In this document: piece by piece, positions 23,938 through 33,600 of the stretch
How positions within the stretch are numbered: position 1 is the first letter of the stretch
Layout: the number at the start of each line of letters is the position of its first letter
Assembly: GCA_900088475.1 (NCBI GenBank)
Contig: FLMG01003777.1
Span: 11,145 to 75,144, forward strand
DNA length: 64,000 nt
Direction: 5' to 3'
Origin: Hyphochytrium catenoides
Taxonomy: Eukaryota > Protista > Hyphochytriomycota
Program-made: the position numbers and the translations under genes
The notes under the pieces: generated by a model
Databases searched by the model: none
Seen by the model: the letters and a program-made list of their open reading frames with translations, nothing else
Told to the model about the DNA's origin: nothing

Positions 23938-25122
23938 GGCCTTCCTGTTAGCGCCAGCTCATGTGGGCACACGTCCTTCGTAAGCCATCAACCTGACCTC
24001 GGCGTCTCTTTCCCGTCTCCCCATGGCGTCTTCTCTAGTGCGGTGCACACGCTAAGAGATGAACTGGTCACCTGTTTGCTAACATAATAGCTCGACCATC
24101 GAGAGAGGAGTGTGGCCGTAGCCCGTCCCTGACAAGTAAGGGAGAGACGGCATCCTGCTGCGGACTGAGTCGAAGAGTGACCGGCACTATGGACCTCTTC
24201 GGTTCTCATACCGCTAACGGCCAAGCATCAACCAAGCTGCAGAGTGGATGTCAGAGATTGGAGAACGGACGCCACTACCTCATCCTCCCTACCCTGACGA
24301 GCTATCATCCTCTTCACGTGCCAAAATGTGACCTGGAGGTCAAACTCACTGGCGCGCCAATAGTTAGCGCTGCTGAACTGCTATTGTCCGTAGGGATGGG
24401 AGACCAAAGAGAGTTGACAAGGCTCAAGAAGTCCTGATAGGTTGCATAACGCAGCCTGGGCCATGAGTGAATGCATGTATTCCCAGAATAAGATACTTGC
24501 TAATAAATTTTTGCGTTCTGGATATTTATCAAGCTCCGTGCCATGGCGGCAACACCGGCGATAAGTTGCCCTTCTCTCCACTCTCTCTACTCTGCTCTAG
24601 GCCCAGCGTACGTGGGCTCCACCTTCTAACGATAAACGTCTTGGAAGGGAGAAGGGATCGGAGGGATGCTCCCTTAATCTTCCGCTAAGTCGCTGGGTGC
24701 AAGGATGATGTGCGGATATTTGGATCTATCGATCGTACCCTCTTGCTTTTCAGCTGATAGGGCAGAATATCTCGGGTATCGTAGACATGCAGGTTCTTTT
24801 ATCATCCCCAGCGGACATCTGTTCTGCTTCGAGGCTATACTTCTCTGCTCTCAACACCGCGGGTCGATCGGCTTATTAGGATATCGCCTTTATCTAATAT
24901 TAGTCTATCCGCAAAGGTCTCGCAGGACGGTATGCCCACTCACTCTAAGAATCTGAAGCTTTATAGACTCTTGGCAGCGAAAAAGACTTATATTTCTGCT
25001 GAGTTCCGCTGTGAGAAGACGAGCATTTAATGTGCCAAGAACCCAAAAGACAGCCTCAAGGCAGAACATGAGCGCTATCAGCTCTCTTGATGGTGCAGAA
25101 TCCCTGTTAACCGCGTTCTTCA

Positions 25123-26862
25123 CTACTTATTGGCGGGACCACACCTGGACTGCAGCCAAGCCTCTGGCGCCCAAGTCGATAATGGCTTTAGAATGGTCCT
25201 GGACAGGGCCAGTCGAGGAATCCATCCGGTCTCCCCGTTCTTCTTTGTGCAGAACCAGAAGCTTTCCCCTGCCATTGCGGTCACTGCTAACTCCTCCTTT
25301 GCCTCAAAGGCCAGCAATGTAACTTTGTAGGGTTTCTTCAAGAGGAAGGCATGGCCATTCTTTGAGTCTACTCCATCGCTGGGCTCGCCCTGGGGCTCCT
25401 CTAGGAGCTCCATTGGTACAGGAACTTCCTCAACCTTGTGGAAGTTATGGGCCGGCAGGTGAGATAGCTTCTCCTTGGAGAGTCTCACCATCGCCCATGT
25501 CAAAGAAGCAGCAGCTCGTGTTCTTTGCAGCTCAGCACACAGTCTTTCCCCTTCGTCCTCCGTATTGTTCTCATCCTCATAGTGCCTCACCGTAACCACT
25601 TCATTCTGTTCCAGCACCACAGTGCCCTGTTCGCCTTTATCCCTTGCCACCATGGTCAAGGGAAACTGGGCATCCTCCAAGAACCCTTCAAAGGCTGTTT
25701 CTTCGTAGAGTGGCTTATGTAGAGCTGACGGATGGAAGTCCCAGTAGCAGTTCTTCGCCACAAACCGCTTGTTGAGCTCTGGGTGGGTAGAGTAAAACAC
25801 TTTCTCCTCTTCCTTACTATTCCCTATCACAAGGATCTCTCCGATGTCCGAGCTCTCTTTGGGCAAGTAAACACAGTGCGACACGCCATCTCCTGCCGGG
25901 AAGACCGCAATATCTCCTGCTTGCAGTTGGAAAGATTGGCCATCTATCCAGGCATAGACAGAGCCCGAGATGACGAAGACTATCTCATCTTCCAGTAAGT
26001 GTGCGTGAGGATAGGAGGTTCGGCTCCCAGGCAGTACCACCTCTTGATGGACGCCAAGCGACTTCAATCCTAAGATATGGCCTATGGGGCTAGACGGAAG
26101 CAGTAGCTCCAAATGTCCAGGGTAACTGCCCACACCCCAATCATCATCTCGAAGGTTCTCCCTCAAATTCCTAATAAATTCTGGTCTCTTCTTCTCTTGC
26201 TCAGGTGATCCGCTCTCATCACGGCGTTGTGTCAGGGAGAGGTTCTGCACATGAGTCGTCACAGCGCTAAGTTCCGCAGCCTGTCCCCGTCTGAGGTCTG
26301 GAATAGCATCGTGAGGTCCTAGAGAATGCTTTGGGGCATCAGACCACTGCTCCCTCTGGGGGACTGCGTCCTGCTTAGCCTGATTCAGGACATAGATTAT
26401 CTTGTTGCTATCGAGCTTTCTGTCCCCAATTGATAGGAGGGCCACTTCATCATCTGTGTTGTTGAGGAAACAGTGGGCAATGCCAGTGCCAGCTGCGAAA
26501 GCTACGCAGTCGTACGGTCGCAAGTCATAGATGAAGCCGTTGACCCAAACCTGTGGATTACCCTTGAGCACCAAGACAAACTCATCCTCTTCGCTCTCGG
26601 CATGGGGCAGTGAAGAACGCTGGCCTGGAGCCAATATCTGGTGATTGAAGCCTACATGCTTTAGGCCGAAGATTTGCCCTACCCGACAGACATCGTCAGA
26701 GACATAGTGTGAATCTTCCTTTCCCTTTTTTTCATTAAGAACAGTATCGTCTTTGACTGGTTCCAGTCCTGAAGACTGTTGCTGTGAGCCCTTATCCTTG
26801 GTTGCTGCGACCTTCTTACGAAGAGCTTCGATGCTTGTGATAAAGTCCGGGCGCCCTGTCAT
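25123..26862 (-). CDS. Intronless tandem double cupin (bacterial TM1287/COG3837-like) with C-terminal GNAT-like and SH3-like segments
   Basis: Two homologous cupins, each preceded by RP(D/E)FI: GFNHQILAPGQRSSLPHAESEEDEFVLVLKG...FAAGTGIAHCFLN and GVHQEVVLPGSRTSYPHAHLLEDEIVFVISG...FPAGDGVSHCV. The C-terminus contains FEAKEELAV...FWFCTKKNGETGWIP. Confidence 0.85.
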   Translation of the reverse strand: MTGRPDFITSIEALRKKVAATKDKGSQQQSSGLEPVKDDTVLNEKKGKEDSHYVSDDVCRVGQIFGLKHVGFNHQILAPGQRSSLPHAESEEDEFVLVLKGNPQVWVNGFIYDLRPYDCVAFAAGTGIAHCFLNNTDDEVALLSIGDRKLDSNKIIYVLNQAKQDAVPQREQWSDAPKHSLGPHDAIPDLRRGQAAELSAVTTHVQNLSLTQRRDESGSPEQEKKRPEFIRNLRENLRDDDWGVGSYPGHLELLLPSSPIGHILGLKSLGVHQEVVLPGSRTSYPHAHLLEDEIVFVISGSVYAWIDGQSFQLQAGDIAVFPAGDGVSHCVYLPKESSDIGEILVIGNSKEEEKVFYSTHPELNKRFVAKNCYWDFHPSALHKPLYEETAFEGFLEDAQFPLTMVARDKGEQGTVVLEQNEVVTVRHYEDENNTEDEGERLCAELQRTRAAASLTWAMVRLSKEKLSHLPAHNFHKVEEVPVPMELLEEPQGEPSDGVDSKNGHAFLLKKPYKVTLLAFEAKEELAVTAMAGESFWFCTKKNGETGWIPRLALSRTILKPLSTWAPEAWLQSRCGPANK

Positions 26863-27302
26863 CCTTGAGATTGAAAGAATTTACTTCTGACCGCACCGAG
26901 AGATATCAATCTGAAGACTCAACAGAATAGACGGTCATCAAGGAGAAGATTGGTAGGATGGTCGGGCACTTGGGGGTGGCGCGCTCAGCGCCAATGCAAA
27001 AAATTCTCAAAACAGAACCTGCTCTAGTCCTCCCTGCTTTGGCTCTATTCATAAGCGAGAATAAACTCCAGAAGATGGAGGTCTGCAGGGAGCTAAGTAA
27101 GCAGAGATCCACCTTCCTTCCACTGCGGAGGATCATGAACTTGATGTGGAGAGCCAGTTGAAGGCATTTTCTTTATGAACCATGCTCAAGCAGAGTGAAG
27201 GTCCACAGCACAGTCCTCCTCCAGGTGCTGAGAGAGACAGAAGAGCAAGAAAGGTGAGAAAGAGAGGCTTCCTGATTAAAATAATGTATGAGATGAGGGA
27301 AC

Positions 27303-27343
27303 GAGAGTGAGAGAGAGAGAGAGAGCGAGAGAGAGAGAGAGCG

Positions 27344-27385
<42 letters not shown>

Positions 27386-27540
27386 GGAGAGAGGGAAAGG
27401 CGGAGAGGGAGAGAAAGAGAGAGAAAGAGAGAGAGAGGCAGAGAGAGAGAGACAGACAGAACAGAGAGAGTGAGAGTGAGAGGAGAGAGAGAGAGAGAGA
27501 GGGGAGAGAGTCTAAAGACAGACTAGAGCGGAGTGAGAGA
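27303..27540 (+). repeat. Long (GA)n microsatellite tract
   Basis: About 240 bp of interrupted GAGAGA between divergently transcribed genes. Confidence 0.95.
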
Positions 27541-27591
27541 GTAGTCACAGCAAGACACATAACAAGACTTGCCCAAAACACTTGCATCAGT

Positions 27592-27694
27592 CCAATAGGA
27601 TAGCCCCGTTTGAAAGGCAGCGGCATCTATTGGCTACTGGCTTTCTTAGGCTGATGTTGATTGGTCTTAGGTATAGAGAATCTCACATGATTGG
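27592..27694. promoter_or_regulatory. Cluster of four CCAAT boxes
   Basis: CCAAT at 27592 and ATTGG at 27629, 27660 and 27690 (spacings 37, 31 and 30 bp), about 300 bp upstream of the 27993 ATG. Confidence 0.45.
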
Positions 27695-27992
27695 CTGCTT
27701 TCCCTGTCCACCACAAAGAACTTTTTGATGTCTCACACCTTGACCTTTTATCATCCACTCAGATCTCTATTCACCATGGCCTGTAACAGCTCCTGTCTGT
27801 GGGATGACCGATAACCCAGCCAAACCACGCCACGGATGGAGGTTGCCTCAATAACGAATTTTCTTCCCTATTGTCAAGAGGAGCTCGGACCTTTGAGGCA
27901 CACATCAATCAAAAGTAGGGGCTCTCAATCTCAAGGGAGATAAGCAGCTGCGACTAAGCGCAATAAGACAGAAGAGCCGCTACAAACGTGAA

Positions 27993-29441
27993 ATGCTCTC
28001 AACAGCTGCACAAAAGGCCTCCAAGGCCATGAAAGAAACTCGAGCAGGTCAAGTGCCAGACCAAGACTCCACGGCCTGCTCCTCCTCTCCTTCAGAGCCG
28101 ATGAGTATAGAAGAGAGTCAGCCGACACAAATGGGTAAAATGAAGGAGGGCACGGGATTGTCAGACCAAGCTCAGTCACAAAAGGACGGCAGCAACGAAG
28201 ACGCAGCACACCGTTCATCGAAGAAGATTTCGCAGACTATCAACCGTCAGGATTCCGCCTTTCTACGCAAAAATTATCTGAAGCTCGCGCAGGCTCAACA
28301 GCAAGTGCAGCGCAAGTGCCAGAAGTCTCTAGCGAAGATAGGGGCCAAGGTTCACAGAACAGAGAGGAAGCTTTCTATGTTAGAGTCCAAGCACCAAAAA
28401 AAGCTTTTCAAGGCACAGCAACGCGGCTTGTCGGAAGAACAAGGTCCCTCTCCCTTTCAACAGATCAACCATCTCAAGGCGCAGAAGCTGAAAATGGTGG
28501 ACATTCCGTGCTTGCAAAACAAGCTCACGCTTTTATATCAGACAGAAAGTGATATTGCCGAGTACTCGCAGGCAGCAAAAGAGGCCATGGAGAGATCACT
28601 GCAAGAGTTTCCTCCGCATGTGCAATACTTGGACACATCGGCATCGTCCACCTCTTCTTCCTCCCAGTCCTCTTCATCTTCGTCATCCTCCAGTTCTTCT
28701 GACTCTGATTCAGATTCTGACTTGAATAGGGCTGAAAACTATACTACAAAGCGCAACCAGAAAGAGAGACGAAGGACGGAAGAGCACCAATATCATCCTC
28801 ACAGCCCGTTCGGTCGGTCTTTCCCAGGTCCACCGCAACCGCCTGCGTCGTGGCACTCTACCCAGGTGCATTGTTATCCCGCAGGAGCGCCACCTGTCTG
28901 TCCTCCTGTGCCTCCTCCCCCTCCTCCCCCACCTGCTGCAGCAGCTTTTTTTGGTCACCCTAGCCGTCATCATTTCTACCATCACCATGGCCACGACTAT
29001 CACCATCATGGGCCTCACAGGCATGGACGATGTCGAAAGGGACGACGCGGCCATGACGGGTGGAGCTCAAACAGTCACACACATAACAACAACGGAGAAA
29101 AGAAGTTCAAGGAAAATGCTTCAGATAACAAGAGGAAGGGGGAAGAGTATGGGGAAGAAGTAGAGATTGTTGAGGCAGTCCCCACTCCTGGCGTAGCGGA
29201 TGATCAAGGATATGAGTTTGTGTCTGTCGAGGCGGCGGCCGCGCCAAGAAGCAGTATCCCTCAGAGTCACCCAGTAAGACCCCGTGGTATTGACGATGTG
29301 GACAGCCAAAGGTCTGGACTTGACTGGCCTTTCAACAGTAGCCGCTTCCATCGTAAACTAGAGCGAAAAATGGCGAAGGCTCAACACAAGATAGAAAAGC
29401 GTATGCGTAAGTTTGAGAGAAAAATGCAACGGAAAATGTGA
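27993..29441 (+). CDS. Hypothetical protein (482 aa) with coiled coil and poly-Ser, poly-Pro and His-rich tracts
   Basis: Long uninterrupted ATG-initiated ORF. It has an N-terminal Lys/Gln coiled-coil-like region, a His-rich stretch HPSRHHFYHHHGHDYHHHGPH and a basic repeated C-terminus. No family recognised. Confidence 0.7.
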   Translation: MLSTAAQKASKAMKETRAGQVPDQDSTACSSSPSEPMSIEESQPTQMGKMKEGTGLSDQAQSQKDGSNEDAAHRSSKKISQTINRQDSAFLRKNYLKLAQAQQQVQRKCQKSLAKIGAKVHRTERKLSMLESKHQKKLFKAQQRGLSEEQGPSPFQQINHLKAQKLKMVDIPCLQNKLTLLYQTESDIAEYSQAAKEAMERSLQEFPPHVQYLDTSASSTSSSSQSSSSSSSSSSSDSDSDSDLNRAENYTTKRNQKERRRTEEHQYHPHSPFGRSFPGPPQPPASWHSTQVHCYPAGAPPVCPPVPPPPPPPPAAAAFFGHPSRHHFYHHHGHDYHHHGPHRHGRCRKGRRGHDGWSSNSHTHNNNGEKKFKENASDNKRKGEEYGEEVEIVEAVPTPGVADDQGYEFVSVEAAAAPRSSIPQSHPVRPRGIDDVDSQRSGLDWPFNSSRFHRKLERKMAKAQHKIEKRMRKFERKMQRKM

Positions 29442-29498
29442 GCTGTGAGTGCCATTGCGTGGATCCTGATGAAGCAAGGGATGAGGTCTTTGTCGAAA

Positions 29499-29546
29499 GA
29501 GGAAGAATTTTGCATGAGATATGAGGAAGAATTTTGCATGAGATAT
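29499..29546. repeat. Perfect 24-bp two-copy tandem duplication
   Basis: gaggaagaattttgcatgagatat occurs twice in a row. Confidence 0.9.
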
Positions 29547-30628
29547 GTTTAAGTCAAGCCCGAAGAGGATGGAGGTCTGTAAAGCTTTATAATGAACCAC
29601 TTCTCCTAAGGAATAAAAGTTATCACTCTTCTGTCCTCTAATCGGTAGGCTAGAGGTGTGCTCTCGCAGTGGAATAAGGAAATTACCCTCCACCAACTTC
29701 ATGTGTCTCTTCGTATAACGATTGCATTTATCGATAGTCCAGCACCAAGCGCAACTCTTGCGCACCCAGCTTCCAGGCTGGCAGGTTGTGCCTGCTGCCT
29801 GACTACTTTTCTTGTTCGATAGGCAAGGCATCTTCACCTTCGAGCTGCCTGAGGACCATAAACTGCAAGCACGATGATGAGCCATCATCTCTCTGGCCGC
29901 TATACACAGAACTACCATAGTTCTACAGCGCTATAGGAGAGGGCATCAAGCCATACCTTTCTCTGAGTATGGGTAACGGTGCGAACGTTGCTCTTGTGAA
30001 TTCACAAGCGAACAAAGCCAAAAACGAACTGTGGACAAGGCGCTTTGAATTTTTTGCTACCTGGACCGGTAATATAAAACCTGAATGATGACTTATGATT
30101 ACAATATTTTACATTATTGCTGTCAAATCTGTTAATTGCCGTGTAAGTTTGTAACACCTTTCTTGTTCTGCCAGGGTGTGCGGTCTCGAAGGTTGGCTGT
30201 TGTTACCTTTCACCTAGCAGCGGTTTCTTGGGGCCGCCACGCCGCCTTGGCAGGTAGATTGATGATCATCATCATCATCAGGAAGACGGAGCTCCTGTTG
30301 TTAGGTTAAGACTGCTTATTCCTGCTCATAGACGCATAGCGGAGGCGCTAGCTCAGCATTAGAGCAGAGACTCTAATCACCGGATTTTCTGTTGCCCATT
30401 GGTTCCCCTACCCTGGATGCATTGGGGCGGAACAAGACGTCTTTAGAGGCGGTGTCGGGGTTTGAGACGGATTATCTGGCTGCGTTACAGTCGGCAAAAG
30501 AGCCGGAACTAGAGCTGCATAATGCGAGAGTTATAGCATGTAAGGCGAGATGATACAAAGTTCTCTTAGGGAGGAGAAGATAGCGCAGGGCGGAGTGGGC
30601 TCCTAACCGTGCTAGCGTGCTGCACCTA

Positions 30629-33600
30629 ATGCAGTGGGCCGGCACCATGAAGCCCGCTCTAGGCGGTCTCGGTGGCAAGACGAAATTGCCACTGCAGAAA
30701 GGTAAGACGAATTTTACGGAGCATTATATAGCTGCTAAGTGGTACCGCGTGAGGCATGCTCATCACTGTGTCTTGGCAGAGGCGGCTCTTCGGAAGGCAT
30801 ACATCAATGATCATGAGAGAACACGGCAATATGCTCAAACTGAGCTTGGCCTCAAGATGGGATACTGCTCCAACAGTATCGTCACATCCAAGTACACAGT
30901 TTACAACTTTGTGCCCAAGAATCTGTTGGAGCAGTTCAGAAGAGTCTCGAACATCTACTTCCTTATTATCTCTGCCATTCAGCTCTTCACCAGGCTCTCC
31001 CCCACTAGCAGATACACCACTCTCATCCCTCTGTTGATCGTCGTCGGAGTAACGATGGTCAAGGAAGCCATAGAAGATAGAGCCAGACATGAAGCTGACA
31101 AGCGCGTTAACTTTTCCAGCTGCCACCGAATTAACCAAGCAAAACCCGAGTATGAAGAAGTCAGTCTCCAAGATCTTCGCGTAGGAGATGTTATCGTGCT
31201 TCATGACGGCGACCATGTTCCGGCAGACGTCGTTATCTTGGCCTCTAGTGACCCTCAGGGCCTCTGCTCCGTAGAGACTGCAAACTTGGACGGGGAGTCT
31301 AACTTGAAGATAAAGACTTCAGCCACAGTCTCAGTCTTCATGGACACGAAGCCAGAGGACTTGTGTAAGATCCGGGGCTGCGTGCACTACGGACAGCCGA
31401 ACGGAGATTTCTATCGCTTTGACGCGACGGTTGTCATCGATATGCTGACGGGGGAGAAGGCAGAGTTTCCATTAGCTATTCAAAACTTTATCTCCCGAGG
31501 CTGCAAGCTGATGAACACGGACTGGGTCATTGCAGTGGCAGTCTACACTGGGGCAGACACAAAGCAGACGCTTAACTCTCGCGATGTGCCTTCGAAAAAA
31601 AGTCGGATGGACAGGATCCTTGACCAATGCAACCTTCTCATCTTCTTTGCCCTATTATTACTTTGCTGTCTCACCACAGTTCTCTCATCTAAGTTCTTCC
31701 AAGGAGGTCTCCAGGTAATGGGGTTGACAAAGGACGTCAAGAAGTCATGGTGGTACCTCGATCTAAAGTCCGAAGATTTTGACGCGGTCTCGATGTTCGT
31801 GACTTTCTTGGTTCTATATAACTATCTGGTAAGTTCACTTCTAAGACCAGGAAAGAGGGAGAAAAAGTCCCTAGTGGAAGGACCAACGTTGAAGCTAGAG
31901 TGATTTAAATCTATTTGACGAGGACGCATTGCATACAAGCTAGCGACTCATCAGGCTATGTTTTAGGTTCCCATATCTCTCTACTTGACGGTCGAGGTGG
32001 TCAAGTTTCTGCAAGTGCGAGCCATTGAGAAGGACACGCTAATGGTAAGGATACTGGGCCTTATGAATGCTGCTTCAAACGAAAGGTGGAATGTGGGATA
32101 AGCTGGTGCCTTCTTCTACCGGCAATCCGAGCTGTTTTCTGCAGTTCTGTCAGTAGTGTCAACCGCTTAATCATCTCTCTCATTTTCACCTTTTTTCTCT
32201 CTCAATCTCGGGAAGATTGATCCTGAAACAAAGCAAGGAGCCATTGCTCGCACGTCCAACTTGAATGAAGATCTGGGGCAGATTAAGTATATCCTGAGTG
32301 ATAAGACGGGAACTCTTACCCAGAATAAGATGGCCTTCAAGGGCTGCTCTGTTGGAGGCATTATTTATGGTTCTCAGGTATGGATGTGGGGGCTTCAAAA
32401 GGAGACAATAGTAAGGACAAGATTGAGATGGAAGCAAGATAATGAGGACAAGATCGCGATAGAGAGAAGAAGAGGCAAAAGGGAAAGTTCGATAGAGGGA
32501 AGAAGAGGCAAAAGGGAAAGTAACACCATGCTATGCCCGACTGGTGATAGATAGCCTTGCGAGTGACAAGCTGATTTCTAACTAAATCTGTTAGCTCACT
32601 AGATACAAAGCTAACATCATAGTAACGGTTACTAATCTTGCCGACCGTCAAACACCTATGTACGCCTAGGATGCACCCGCAGGAGAAATTTCTCAGAGCA
32701 AGGCTTCAAGTTCCTGTGATGACGTGACGTCGCCCCGTCGAGCTCCAACTCCGGGCAAAGAAGGCGCAACTGAAGAACAAGTTAAAGCCCCACGCAGTGG
32801 ACTGAGGTCTGAAAACAACAAAAGTCAAGGGCGGGATAACTACGATTTGCCATCTCCTGCTGGGTTGTCGGGAAGATCAGCCAAACATGCAGTTGTGCCT
32901 ATTGTGCTTCCGGTGAAACAGAACCCATCTCCGGGAGAGGGGACTGAAGAGAAAAGACTTTCGGCAGACTCAGGTCAGGGAGAGCGCGCTGAGACAAGCC
33001 GTACAAAGAAGAGGAGGTCTTCTACGTATCCCCTCTCTGCCGGATTCTCGGATCCCATGCTGATTCAACATCTCACCTCGGACCATTCAAATCAGTATCT
33101 GCTCCAGGAGTTTCTTCGTTGTGCCGTGATTTGTCACACCGTTTCCCCAGAAGCAACAGACGGGGATGAGGTCATTTATCGTGCAACTTCTCCCGATGAG
33201 CAAGCACTGGTGATGGCAGCCAGAAATCTAGGATACAAGCTGATCTCTACAAAGGGAGGACGAATTACTGTGAGTGTGTTTGGCGAACTGGAGACCTGGG
33301 AAGTGTTAGGGGTGAACGAATTCGACAGCGCGAGAAAGTGTATGAGCGTGGTGGTGAGAGATAGTAAAGGGAAGGTGGTTGTGTACTGCAAGGGTGCGGA
33401 CGCAGTCATGTTAGAAAGAAGCAGAGATAAGTCCGTTGGGAGCCCTTCTCGTTGTTTTGGTGAGGGGTCTCGACAGAAAGAAAGTGGAAGAGTTCTGCTT
33501 GCCAAAAGCGCGCCAGTGGACCTTTCTCCTGGCTCAGTGAGTCGGTACGCCACCACAGAAAGCACAGAGAATGTGGAAAAAAGTGAGGTTCTGGATTACA

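Noticed and set aside
29358-29918. 186-aa minus-strand ORF, considered as a transposon remnant
   Set aside because: No transposase or RT motif and no terminal repeats. It overlaps the 3' end of the plus-strand gene.
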